DNA of 64,000 nucleotides, taken from positions 1,216,001 to 1,280,000 of the forward strand of contig CAWGHO010000003.1 in the NCBI GenBank assembly GCA_963822445.1, given 5' to 3'. Source of the DNA: an uncultured Acidobacteriota bacterium (GTDB taxonomy: Bacteria; Acidobacteriota; Thermoanaerobaculia; Gp7-AA8). Below the pieces are notes generated by a model. The model did no database searches, was not told the origin of the DNA, and worked only from the letters and a program-made list of their open reading frames with translations. Below, piece after piece: positions 1 through 9,624 of the stretch; position 1 is the first letter of the stretch; each line of letters begins with the position of its first letter. The translations under genes were made by a program, and so were the position numbers.

Positions 1-637
1 AAACGCCTTCGGCCACCAGCTCGGCCTCGAAATCTGTCGCCAGTTGCTGCAGCGAGGCGATGACGGCCCGGCGCCGCGGATCGCGCGAACAACCTTCGAC
101 GAAGAAGCGGTCGACTTTCAGATAGTCGGGGTCGACGTCGAGGAGCATCTTGAAGTTCGACTGGCCGAGGCCGATGTCGTCGAGGGCGATTTCCAGTCCC
201 AGCTCGCGGAGCTGTTCGATCGACGAACGGAAGCTCACTCCATCCCAGGGTGGCGCGTGCTCGACGATTTCGGCGGTCAGCCGCGACAGCTCGATGGACG
301 TCGCCGCGCACGTGCCGCGGAGGAAATCGATGAAGCCGTGATCGCGGCCGAGGGTCGATGCGTGCACGTTGAAGGACAGGCGCAAGGTCGAGGGGAGTGA
401 CGAGGCGCCGCGCAGCGCCGCGGAGATGCAGGCGCGGTCGACGAGCGACTCTTCCCGTTTGCGGCGGACGTATTCGAAGAGCACCGCGGCGGACTCGAAG
501 TTCGTGCCTTTGGGACCGCGGGAAAGGCACTCCAGGCCGAACGTCTCCATCGTCGTGCCGTTCGTGCGAAACACCGGCTGGTAGACCGGCGTGATGCCGC
601 CGGGCTGCAGGATCTTGTTGATCGCCGGCCCGGTCAC
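1..637 (-). CDS. EAL-domain c-di-GMP phosphodiesterase-like protein (3' end outside window)
   Basis: Manual translation from GTG at 637 (GTGA overlap with upstream stop): ...PVYQPV...ECLSRGP...SFNVHAS...EIVE...IALDDIGLGQSN...DYLKVDR...LVAEGV, the standard EAL motifs. Not in the ORF track. Confidence 0.85.
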   Translation of the reverse strand, partial: MTGPAINKILQPGGITPVYQPVFRTNGTTMETFGLECLSRGPKGTNFESAAVLFEYVRRKREESLVDRACISAALRGASSLPSTLRLSFNVHASTLGRDHGFIDFLRGTCAATSIELSRLTAEIVEHAPPWDGVSFRSSIEQLRELGLEIALDDIGLGQSNFKMLLDVDPDYLKVDRFFVEGCSRDPRRRAVIASLQQLATDFEAELVAEGV

Positions 638-1032
638 CGCGCGTCGAGCAGGTTCATGGCCACGCTGGCGATCTCCATCATCGCTTTGGGCTTGTGGAGA
701 AACGCGTCGGCGCCGCGGTTGTACGACTCCCGCTCGATCTCCGGCGTGCCGAATGCGCTCAGCAGAATCACCCGCGTGTTGGCGCAGCGCTGGTGGACGT
801 CGGCCACGATCTGCAGGCCTTCCACGCCGCCGATGCCGGTCAGCCGGAGGTCGGCGATGACCAGGTCGTAACCGCGATTAGCGAGCAGGGCCTGCGCTTC
901 CTCGAGCTCGTGGGCGGAATCGACGATGTACCCGAGACCCTCGAAATAGCGGCGCATGGCCAGAACAATGAGCTCTTCGTCGTCGACGATGAGAATGCGC
1001 GCCGCCCGTTTCGCCGCCTGCTGAGGGAACAT
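634..1032 (-). CDS. Single-domain response regulator (REC)
   Basis: ILIVDDE...IADLRL...LSA...FLHKP receiver motifs. Confidence 0.9.
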   Translation of the reverse strand: MFPQQAAKRAARILIVDDEELIVLAMRRYFEGLGYIVDSAHELEEAQALLANRGYDLVIADLRLTGIGGVEGLQIVADVHQRCANTRVILLSAFGTPEIERESYNRGADAFLHKPKAMMEIASVAMNLLDAR

Positions 1033-1041
1033 CTGGGTCTC

Positions 1042-2892
1042 CTAAGGTGCTCGATGGACCGGGAAGCGTACGGTAAGCAGCGCCCCTCCGTCGTCCCCAT
1101 TCCTTGCAGCGATGGTGCCACCGTGCTCATCCACAATGCGCTGGACGATCGACAGTCCCAGTCCTGTCCCTCCGCGCCTCCGGGTAAAAAACGGTTGGAA
1201 AACCTTGCTCATGTCGACCGGATCGAAGCCCGGGCCATGGTCGCGGACGGTGCATTCGATGGTGTCGCCGTTCAGCCGCGCGGTGACCTGCACTTCCTGC
1301 CCCGGCTTGGAGTGCTGCACTGCGTTGGTGATCAGGTTGTCGAACGCGTGTCCGAGGCGGTTCGCATCCATCAACATTGGAAGGCCGGCCTCGATCTCGT
1401 ACGAAATGCGCACCGACGACTTGCCCGCGAGCTGCGTGCAGCGCTCGATCACGTCCGGGAGAACGGCATCCAGCGATCCGTGGGTGAGATCGAGCGTCCA
1501 GCTCTTGCCGTATTCGAGGAGGTTTTCCATCAGCCGGTTCAGCCGGTCCAGCCAGGTGCGCAGCACGCCGCCGAGCTCCGCGAACTCCGGCTCGTCGGGC
1601 AGCATGGCCTCGAGCGCATCGACGGTGAGGCCCATGCCGAAAATCGGATTGCGAACCTCGTGGGCGACGCCGGCGACGAGCTCGCCGAGGGCGGCCAGCT
1701 GCTCGCCGCGGCGGACGGATTCCTGAAGCTGGACGAGATCGGTCGTGTCGCGCATGACCACGATGGCCCGGTCGTCGCTCTCGCTTTCCGACCAGTACCA
1801 GCTCGCGCTGACGTCCCAGGTCCGCTCGCCGGCGGCGATGTGAGCGGTGCAGGGGGCGTGGCTGTCCCGCACGGCCGCGACGATGTCGGTCAGCGTTTTC
1901 CACGGCTCCTCGGCAGTGAAAGCGATCTTGCGATGAAGCACGTCGAGGAACTCGCCGGCCCCGACGAGATCGCGAGCGACGCGATTGAGACGGGTGATCG
2001 TTCCATCGAGGCGGGTGATGAAGATCGGCAGCTCGATGGCGTCGAAGGTCAGGCTCCACTCGCGCCCTTTGCGCTCGATCATCGTTTCCAGCTTGCGGCG
2101 CTCGATGAGGCGGCCCAGCGAGGCGCCGGCGCGAAGGAGGGCGCGGCGGCCCTGCTCGCTCATCGGGCGCACGGCGCGGGTGAGCAGCTCGAGGACGCCG
2201 ACGAAGCGTCCTCCATCGTGAAGAGGAACCGCCGCCGCGCCGTGCAATCCCGCCGCGGATGCGCTTTCGGCGCGCACGAATCCCGATTCGTCGTACAGAT
2301 CGGCGATCCAGACCACGTCGTTCGTCGCCCAGGCCCGCCCCGGAACGCCATGTCCATGGGTGAAGTGAAGCTCGCTTACACGCTCGCGGAACCTCGTCGC
2401 GTTCATCCCCGGCCGCGACCAGATCGTCTTCGCCTCGAGCGAGGTGCCCTTCCCGTCGAGAAGCCAGAGAACGGCGCAGTCCCAGTTGTCGGATTCGCCG
2501 ATGAACTCGAGGACGTCATCGATGATCCGGTCGAGCGGCTTGTCGCTGGCGAAGATGCGCGTGACGGCGAGCTCCATGACGTCTTCGCGCTCGCCGCGGC
2601 TCATGTCGGTGACGTCGCGGGCCACGAAAATCGCGCCATGGCGGCTGACGGGCATCCCCGAAACGCTGAAGAAGCGCTCGACGCCGTCGATGACGCTTCG
2701 CACGTCCGATGTGACGTTGCGGCCGGCCAGGACGCGGGGAGCGAGAGCGCGCCAGCTTTCCTCCAGCTCGCGCGATTCGAGTTTGCGGTAGGCCGCGTTG
2801 GCCCGCGTCACCTGGAGCTGATCGTCAACCAGCCAGACGGGGTCGACCAGTATCTGAAACAGCGCCCGGCCAACACCGTCGTCATCCTTCAT
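1042..2892 (-). CDS. PAS/GAF sensor histidine kinase
   Basis: H-box VAHEVRNP, N-box NLITNAVQHS, G-boxes DHGPG and GGTGLGL; GAF segment GVPGRAW. Confidence 0.92.
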   Translation of the reverse strand: MKDDDGVGRALFQILVDPVWLVDDQLQVTRANAAYRKLESRELEESWRALAPRVLAGRNVTSDVRSVIDGVERFFSVSGMPVSRHGAIFVARDVTDMSRGEREDVMELAVTRIFASDKPLDRIIDDVLEFIGESDNWDCAVLWLLDGKGTSLEAKTIWSRPGMNATRFRERVSELHFTHGHGVPGRAWATNDVVWIADLYDESGFVRAESASAAGLHGAAAVPLHDGGRFVGVLELLTRAVRPMSEQGRRALLRAGASLGRLIERRKLETMIERKGREWSLTFDAIELPIFITRLDGTITRLNRVARDLVGAGEFLDVLHRKIAFTAEEPWKTLTDIVAAVRDSHAPCTAHIAAGERTWDVSASWYWSESESDDRAIVVMRDTTDLVQLQESVRRGEQLAALGELVAGVAHEVRNPIFGMGLTVDALEAMLPDEPEFAELGGVLRTWLDRLNRLMENLLEYGKSWTLDLTHGSLDAVLPDVIERCTQLAGKSSVRISYEIEAGLPMLMDANRLGHAFDNLITNAVQHSKPGQEVQVTARLNGDTIECTVRDHGPGFDPVDMSKVFQPFFTRRRGGTGLGLSIVQRIVDEHGGTIAARNGDDGGALLTVRFPVHRAP

Positions 2893-2899
2893 TGTTGTC

Positions 2900-2944
2900 C
2901 CGCTATGATCGCGCCGCTTTGCGCGCGCTCAAAATTTTCGCGGG
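2900..2944 (+). repeat. 45-bp direct repeat, copy 1 (duplicate of prs -10 box and first codons)
   Basis: CCGCTATGATCGCGCCGCTTTGCGCGCGCTCAAAATTTTCGCGGG matches 7780-7824 at 44/45 positions. Confidence 0.95.
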
Positions 2945-2945
2945 A

Positions 2946-3161
2946 TCAATTCGACTTCGTATGCCTTTCGGAAGGCTGCGTGGCGGAGTCTCGGGCGGCA
3001 GAAACGCCCGGCTCGGCGTCGAGCGCTGATTCGTGAGTCTCGCGCAGGCTCAGGACGAGCTCCCGCGCCTGGAAGGCCAGAGTTCGGAACGTATCGCTGC
3101 AGATGGGACAAAGGCGATCGTTCGTCGCCACGAAACCGGAGCAGCCCGCACAAATCGGCAA
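2946..3161 (-). CDS. Small putative zinc-ribbon protein (CxxC-x10-CxxC)
   Basis: TTG start after GGGGGTG; MPICAGCSGFVATNDRLCPICSD...; 3' part of ORF 2946..3857. Confidence 0.45.
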   Translation of the reverse strand: MPICAGCSGFVATNDRLCPICSDTFRTLAFQARELVLSLRETHESALDAEPGVSAARDSATQPSERHTKSN

Positions 3162-3202
3162 GTGGTCACCCCCTTTGAGGAGTGACTGGCGGGGGCAAGT
3201 CC

Positions 3203-5152
3203 CTACCCGGTACCGAATGGAGAGCGGCGATGCCGGTCGCCCGTCGAGCTGCGATCGGCGACGTCGAGGGAATTGCCGTTTTCGTCGAGCGGCAGCAGCA
3301 GGTGCACGGAAGTCCCTTTGCCGGGATCGCTTTCGAGGAAGATCTGGCCGCCGTGGTCCTTCACGATCTTGTGGACGAGGGCCAGACCCAGCCCGGTGGC
3401 GCCCTGCTTGGTGGTGAACATCGGCTCGAGGGCCTTTTTCAGGACAGTTGGCGTCATGCCCGCCCCGATGTCGGTCACTTCGAAGTGAACATGGGGTCCA
3501 GCTCGATCGCGGGTGGCCGAGATCGTGATGACGCCTCCGCCGGGCATCGCGTCGCGTGCGTTCTCGGCCAGCCGTATGAACGCTTCCCGAAGCTGATCGC
3601 CGTCGGCGATGATCCGAAGCGACTCGTCGGGAAGCTGGATCCGCACGCCGATGTTCGGCCCGACCACTTTGGCGAGCTCGTGGCGAAGATCGTCGAGATA
3701 GGAAGGGACGGCGATCGGAGTTACGACCGGTTCGTTCTGGCGCGAATAGCGAAGAATTTCCCGGGTGATGTTCCGGCCCCGCAAGGCCGAAGACTTCATT
3801 CCCTGAACGAGGCGCCGCAGCTTGTCGTCGGCGACGCGCCGCTCGAGCACGTCGCACACCGGGATGATGGCCATGAGCACGTTGTTGAAGTCGTGAGCCA
3901 TGGCCGTAGCCAGGCGGCCCAGGCCGGCCACACGCTCAGCGACCTCCAGGCGCCTGGCCGTCGCCGTTCGCTCGCTGATGTCGAGGAATGACCAGACCGC
4001 CCCACGCCAGTTGCCGTCGATGACGATCGGCGAGAGCGTGATCTCCGCCGGGAACGGCTCGCCGTTTCGGTACAGGCGTTCTTCGATCCGGACGGCCTCG
4101 CTGGTGCTCTGGGCTCGCAGGATCCAGCAAAGAGGATCGCTGCATCCGAAGTGAATCATGGCGTGTAGCGGCGTTCCGGCAGCGCTGGTTGCGTTGACGC
4201 CGAACATGAGCAACGCGGATTCGTTGACCAGCGTGCAGCGGCCGTCCGCGTCCGTGGCGATGATTCCCTCGTAAGCCGCCTGCAACAGGCGATGAACTTC
4301 GGCGGCGAGATGCTGACTGTTCATCTCCGCTTCTCTGCGCGCGGTGACGTCGATGACGAACGCTTCGACCACATCCGATGCGATCCGGGCCTGGACGTCG
4401 ACGTAGATGATCGTCGAGTCCTTTCGGGCCAGCCGGAACTCGCCTCGCGCGAAACCGTCACGGAGGAGATCGCTCTCGAAGCGCAGGCGTTCGCGTTGAC
4501 GCAGGAAGTGGGCGTGGAGCGGCACGGCCAGCAATTCGGCCCGATCGGGGTAGCCGAGGAGGCTCACCAGGAAATGGTTGGCGGCCAGCATGCGGCCGTC
4601 GAATCCCGCACGGCAGATGCCGATGGGCGCACCTTCGAAGAGGTTGCGGTAACGGTCTTCCGAATCGACGAAGTCCGACTCGCGACGCCGCTCTTCCGTG
4701 ACGTCGCGGTTCAGAGTGAGCACCGCCACGCCGCCTTCGTAGGGAATCGGGAGTGCATGGATGTCGAGGAGGAAGGGCGTGCCGTCACACCGCAGTTGAC
4801 GGCTCTCGAACCGGACGCTTTCGCCGGCCAGCACGCGGGCCATTTGCCGCTGGCCTTCGGAAACGTCGACGGAGATGGTCTTCATGTCCAGGCCGACGAA
4901 CTCATTCCGGCTGAAGCCATAGACGCGACAGGCTTCATCGTTGACGTCGATCACGATCTCTTCGGGAGTGAGAATCAGCGCCGGCTCGTGAATGGACTCG
5001 AAGTAGCGGTGATAGTCGGCTTCCCGCGAGCTCTGGCCCGAATCATCGGAGCGGGTTGGTGGCTGCGTGACGAGCCCGTTCGCGATTGCATTCGAACGGC
5101 GCGGCGATCCGGAACTGGGTACTCCAGCGGCTCCCAATCGCCCGTCAATCAT
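3203..5152 (-). CDS. Multi-PAS sensor histidine kinase
   Basis: Three PAS/PAC-like repeats; AHDFNN H-box; ENARDAM; DIGAGM; GATGLGL. Confidence 0.9.
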   Translation of the reverse strand: MIDGRLGAAGVPSSGSPRRSNAIANGLVTQPPTRSDDSGQSSREADYHRYFESIHEPALILTPEEIVIDVNDEACRVYGFSRNEFVGLDMKTISVDVSEGQRQMARVLAGESVRFESRQLRCDGTPFLLDIHALPIPYEGGVAVLTLNRDVTEERRRESDFVDSEDRYRNLFEGAPIGICRAGFDGRMLAANHFLVSLLGYPDRAELLAVPLHAHFLRQRERLRFESDLLRDGFARGEFRLARKDSTIIYVDVQARIASDVVEAFVIDVTARREAEMNSQHLAAEVHRLLQAAYEGIIATDADGRCTLVNESALLMFGVNATSAAGTPLHAMIHFGCSDPLCWILRAQSTSEAVRIEERLYRNGEPFPAEITLSPIVIDGNWRGAVWSFLDISERTATARRLEVAERVAGLGRLATAMAHDFNNVLMAIIPVCDVLERRVADDKLRRLVQGMKSSALRGRNITREILRYSRQNEPVVTPIAVPSYLDDLRHELAKVVGPNIGVRIQLPDESLRIIADGDQLREAFIRLAENARDAMPGGGVITISATRDRAGPHVHFEVTDIGAGMTPTVLKKALEPMFTTKQGATGLGLALVHKIVKDHGGQIFLESDPGKGTSVHLLLPLDENGNSLDVADRSSTGDRHRRSPFGTG

Positions 5153-5212
5153 CGTGTTCAGTGATTGTCGTCGAAACGGAGCTCCTGGCGGTTTCCAGTC
5201 ATGAAACTTTCG

Positions 5213-7683
5213 TCACACCTCCTGACGGAAATTGCCTACGACCTTCTCGATGAGAAGCAGAAGCTCGGAGGCTTCGTACGGTTTGGTGAGGAACTCCACG
5301 TTGGGGTGAGCGAGATGTTCTCGAAGCGTGGAAGGATCGGCGTGGCCGGTGGAGAAGATGACGGGCAATTCCGGCCACCGCCGTGCGATCTCCAGATAGA
5401 CGGCGTCGCCGGAAATGTCAGGCAGGCCGATGTCCAGCACGACCACGTCGGGTACGAATTGTTCGATCGCAGCGACGGCTTCCGCGCCACGCGAGATGAG
5501 CTTCACCTCCATCCGCTCGATCTCCATCAGGATCTCGATTCCCGCGGACACCGCATGTTCGTCTTCGACCAGGAGAACCTTGCAGCCGGCCAGTGCGCCT
5601 TCCCGGTGCTGGGCAACCTGGGGCAACGGCGGCGCATCCGAGGTTCTGAGGAACACGTGGAAGGCCGCGCCTTCGCCGAGCTTGCTCGCCGCAAAGACAT
5701 GTCCGCCGTGCGCGGTGATGACCTGTCGAACCAGCGCCAGTCCGAGTCCCGTGCCTCCCACTTTCTTGGTCGTGAAAAGCGGCTCGAACAGATGTTTCAT
5801 CACCTCGGGCCGAATACCGGTTCCTGTATCGGCCACCGTGAAGTGAACGAACTGCTCAGGGTCGGGCACTGCACCGAACGGGAACTGGGCGCCGGGAGCG
5901 GTGGCCGCCGCGGTCAGGCGGATCTTCCCCCCGGTCGGCATGGCGTCACGCGCGTTGAGAATCAGATTGAGAAAGACCTGATGCAATTGCTGGGGATCGC
6001 CCAGCATCCCCTCCACATCGATCGAAATATCGACGTCGATCAGCATGTGTGACGGCAAGAGCGGCCTGGCCTGATCGATGAGCTGCACCACCCAGGTCTG
6101 CACGTCGATCTGCTCGAGCGTCGGTTCGGATGGTTGCGTGAAACGCAGGATCTCGTGGGATACCTTTTTCCCCGCTGAACCGCCAGTGCGATGTAGTTCA
6201 GAGACTTTCTGATGTCCGGGTTGTCGGGTGCGCGCGAGCCGATGACTTCGATGAACGGCTGGATTCCCATGAGCACGTTGTTGAATTCGTGCGCGATCGT
6301 CGCCGCCAGGCGGCCCAGACTCTCCACGCGCCGCGCCTGCTCGAGATCCTGCTCGAGGCGTTTGCGCTCGGTGACGTCCTGGAAGGTGATCACGGCGCCG
6401 GTGATGGCCGTGTCTTCGTAGATCGGCGTGACCACGTACTCGACGGGGAACCATGTTCCATCCGGTCGCCAGAAGATGTCGTCGGTGATGGCCCGCGGTT
6501 TCCCATCCTGCAGCGTGAAGTAATCCGGACACTCCTCCCAGGGATACGGAGTTCCGTCGGACCGCGTGTGATGCACCATGGCGTGACGCAGGCGTCCGCT
6601 GAGATCATCGAGCCGCCATCCGCTGATCTCTTCCGCGGCCGGGTTCATCAGCATCGTGTGGCCCTTCATGTCGATGCCGCAGATCCCCTCGCCGGCCGCC
6701 TCGAGAATTGCGGACGTGTTCCGCTGCAGCTCGTGAATGGTTTGCTCGGCCCGTCGCTCATTGGTGATGTCGCGGATGACGGCCATGGCTCCCAGAGGCG
6801 CGCCGTCCTCGTCGAAGACCGGCTTGGCCGAAGCGAGAGCGATTCGCCGGGCCGTGTTGCGTGTGCGCACTTCGACGAGCATCTTTTCGACTGTTTCGCC
6901 GTGGAGCGCGCGGACGAGGGGCCTGTCGTCGTAAGGGATCGGACGGCCCGTTTGGGGGTTCCGATACTCCAGATCCTCTGCGAAGTCTTCGAGCGTCTGG
7001 TACGCCACCGCTCTCGTTTCGTGCGGCCGATTGGCGAACATCACCCGTCCTTTGGGGTCGCAGACGATGACCCGCTCATCCAGCCCATCGAGCAGCGCGG
7101 CCAGATATCGGTGCTCTCGCCGCAGCACCGCGTCGGCTCCCTGGATCTTGCGGTACGCCTCGTCGAGCTCCGCATGGGCGACCTCCAGGTCACGCTGGTG
7201 CTCGCGCGACCGCCGGGCATCCCCGACGAGCTTGAGGAAATTCGGTACGACGATCGGCATGGCCAGGGCGGTGATCACCGATGCGGTGGCGGTGATCATC
7301 TTGACCGCGCCCGAAAGCCAGTAGGTGGCATTCCAGATCGTCCAGACCTCCATGAAGTGCGTGGCGCCGCAAGCGACGATGAAGACGCCGAAGGCGAGGA
7401 TGATCCAGTGGAACGGGATCTCACGCCGCACGCGATGGACGACATAGATCAATGACGCCGAGATGGCCACGTATGCGCCGCCGATCAGGAGATCCGATAC
7501 GAGGTGGAGCGATACGAGCGAGCGCGTCCAGAGATAGCAGTGCCCGTGCGGCATGTAGCTGGATGCGAAGAGGTTGCGAACGACGCCCGGCCACAGCAAC
7601 GGTGTCGCCAGCGTGATCACTGCCATCGCGGCAAGGGTTCGCCATCCAACCGAGGAAGGCCTCGGCGTGATGCTGGTGTTCAT
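5213..7683 (-). CDS. Ethylene-receptor-like TM domain / PAS / histidine kinase / REC hybrid, frameshifted near 6165-6175
   Basis: ORF 6040..7755 has MPHGHCYLW, SDLLIGGAY, FIVACGATH, PAS and AHEFNN; ORF 5213..6532 continues with HATPase and REC after a -1 shift; GGAGG RBS before ATG 7683. Confidence 0.85.
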
Positions 7684-7779
7684 TGTTCCTCCGGACGTTG
7701 CTGAAGCAGGGTCCTGACCAACGATACGACGCCCGCGGGGATTTTGGTTCCCCATTTAATGAAGGTATCGGGAGGGGTG

Positions 7780-7824
7780 CCGCTATAATCGCGCCGCTTT
7801 GCGCGCGCTCAAAATTTTCGCGGG
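7780..7824 (+). repeat. 45-bp direct repeat, copy 2 (native prs promoter/start)
   Basis: Contains TATAAT (7784-7789) and the TTG start of prs (7799). Confidence 0.95.
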
Positions 7825-8743
7825 TCGCTCTCACCCTGCGCTCACCGATGAGATCTGCAAGACCCTCGAGGTCGAGCGCGGCCACGTGACGCTCTACAGC
7901 TTCTCGGACGGTGAGCATTACGTGCAGATCGACGAGAACGTCCGCGGCGCGGACGTCTTCGTGATCCAGCCCGTTTCGCCGCCGTCGGTGAACGATCACC
8001 TGATGGAGCTCTTGATCATGCTCGACGCATTCAAGCGCTCCTCGGCACGCCGCATCACCGCCGTCCTCCCGTACTACGGCTACGCGCGCCAGGACCGGAA
8101 GGACAAGCCCCGCGTTCCGATCACGGCGAAGCTCGTCGCGGACCTGATCAGCAAGGCCGGCGCGGATCGCGTGCTCACTCTCGATCTGCATGCCGCGCAG
8201 ATTCAGGGCTTCTTCAACATTCCCGTCGATCACCTTTTCGCAGCTCCGGTGATCGTCGGACATCTGAAAACGCTCGACCTGCACGATCTGACCATCGTCT
8301 CGCCCGACGCCGGCGGCGTGGAGCGCGCCCGGGCCTACGCCAAGCGTCTGGGCGCCTCCCTGGCCATCATCGACAAACGCCGTTTCGCCGCGAACCAGAC
8401 CGAGGTGATGAACATCATCGGCGAGGTCGAGGACCGGAACGTGTTCGTGGTCGACGACATCATCGACACGGCCGGGACGCTCATTCACTCGGCCCAGGCC
8501 CTTTTCGAGAAGGGCGCCCGGTCGATTTCCGCCGCCTGCACCCACGCCGTCCTGTCCGGCCCCGCCATCCAGCGCATCAACTCCTCGAAGCTGGACCAGG
8601 TCATCACGACCAACAGCATCCCCACCGAGGAAAAGGAAGCGGACTGCTCGAAGCTCAAGACCCTGTCCATCGCCCCGCTGCTGGCCGAGGCCATCAAGCG
8701 GATTCATGCGGAGGATTCGGTTTCGAGCCTCTTCGAGATGTAG
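7799..8743 (+). CDS. prs: Ribose-phosphate pyrophosphokinase
   Basis: FSDGE, PYYGYARQDRK, DLHAAQIQGFF, VSPDAGG, DDIIDTAGT motifs. Confidence 0.98.
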   Translation: MRALKIFAGRSHPALTDEICKTLEVERGHVTLYSFSDGEHYVQIDENVRGADVFVIQPVSPPSVNDHLMELLIMLDAFKRSSARRITAVLPYYGYARQDRKDKPRVPITAKLVADLISKAGADRVLTLDLHAAQIQGFFNIPVDHLFAAPVIVGHLKTLDLHDLTIVSPDAGGVERARAYAKRLGASLAIIDKRRFAANQTEVMNIIGEVEDRNVFVVDDIIDTAGTLIHSAQALFEKGARSISAACTHAVLSGPAIQRINSSKLDQVITTNSIPTEEKEADCSKLKTLSIAPLLAEAIKRIHAEDSVSSLFEM

Positions 8744-8827
8744 TTGCGGGGTTACGGGGTTTCGGGGTTACGAGGGAGCTGATGACCGGTTCCACCTCGA
8801 AACCCCGAAACCCCGCAACCTCGTAAC
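8743..8827. repeat. Inverted tandem 8-mer hairpin (GTTNCGGG)x4 / (CCCGNAAC)x4
   Basis: Left arm GTTGCGGG GTTACGGG GTTTCGGG GTTACGAG; right arm CTCGAAAC CCCGAAAC CCCGCAAC CTCGTAAC. Confidence 0.9.
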
Positions 8828-8895
8828 GGGAATAAGCCTCCATTTCCAGAGATTTAGGCCGTTCTGTCGAACCAGAAAACCAAGGAGTCAGCAAC

Positions 8896-9552
8896 ATGGC
8901 TGAAGTGACGTTGGAAGTCAGCAAACGGGAGACGACCGGAAAAGAGATCGCCAAGAAGCTTCGGCGCGATGGAAAGGTTCCGGCCGTGGTGTACGGCGCG
9001 AAGCGCGATCCGGTGGCGATCACCGTCGATCGCAAGGCCGTCTCCGAGCTCATTCAGAAGAGCGAGCACGGCGTCCGCTCGGTGTTCCTGCTGAAGATGG
9101 CGGGAACGGACCAGCAGCGGCACGCGATGATCAAGGAGATCACCATCGACCCGCTCTCCCGGAAGATGACCCACATCGACTTCGTCCGCGTGCTGATGGA
9201 CGAAAAGGTCAAGGTCACCATCCCCGTGCACCTCAACGGCACGGCCATCGGCGTGAAAGAGGGCGGCGTGCTCGACTTTCAGGTCCGCGAGCTTCACGTG
9301 GAGTGCCTGCCGAACGCGATTCCCGACTCGATCGAAGTCGACGTGGCCCCGCTGGGCGGACACGAGTACTACCGGGTCAAGGACCTGATCGTCCCCGAGG
9401 GCGTGAAGGTGCTCGACGATCCGGAGCGCGTGGTCGTCGGTGTGACCCATCTGAAGGCCGAGGTTGTGGAGCCGACGGCGGAAGCCGCCGCGGTCGCCGA
9501 GCCCGAGGTCATCAAGAAGGGCAAGCCCGAGGACGAGAAAGACAAGAAGTAA
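8896..9552 (+). CDS. rplY: 50S ribosomal protein L25/Ctc
   Basis: GKEIAKKLRRDGKVPAVVYG, HIDF, GVKEGG, EPEVIKKGK; follows prs. Confidence 0.97.
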   Translation: MAEVTLEVSKRETTGKEIAKKLRRDGKVPAVVYGAKRDPVAITVDRKAVSELIQKSEHGVRSVFLLKMAGTDQQRHAMIKEITIDPLSRKMTHIDFVRVLMDEKVKVTIPVHLNGTAIGVKEGGVLDFQVRELHVECLPNAIPDSIEVDVAPLGGHEYYRVKDLIVPEGVKVLDDPERVVVGVTHLKAEVVEPTAEAAAVAEPEVIKKGKPEDEKDKK

Positions 9553-9574
9553 CGAATCCCAACTTCGAGATTTC

Positions 9575-9606
9575 AAAGCCCCGCGAGACAATCGCGGGGC
9601 TTTTTT
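9575..9606 (+). terminator. Intrinsic terminator after rplY
   Basis: AAAGCCCCGCGA-gacaa-TCGCGGGGCTTTTTT. Confidence 0.88.
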
Positions 9607-9624
9607 GTTTTCAGGGGAGTGCAC

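Noticed and set aside
694-3036. Long + strand ORF (780 aa) and many similar antisense or alternate-frame ORFs across the window
   Set aside because: Shadow ORFs of real genes in high-GC DNA; no recognisable motifs.
8743-8827. Repeat arrays here and at 28056-28488 and 47881-47962 as CRISPR arrays
   Set aside because: Units are 7-8 nt with no spacers, and there are no cas genes in the window.
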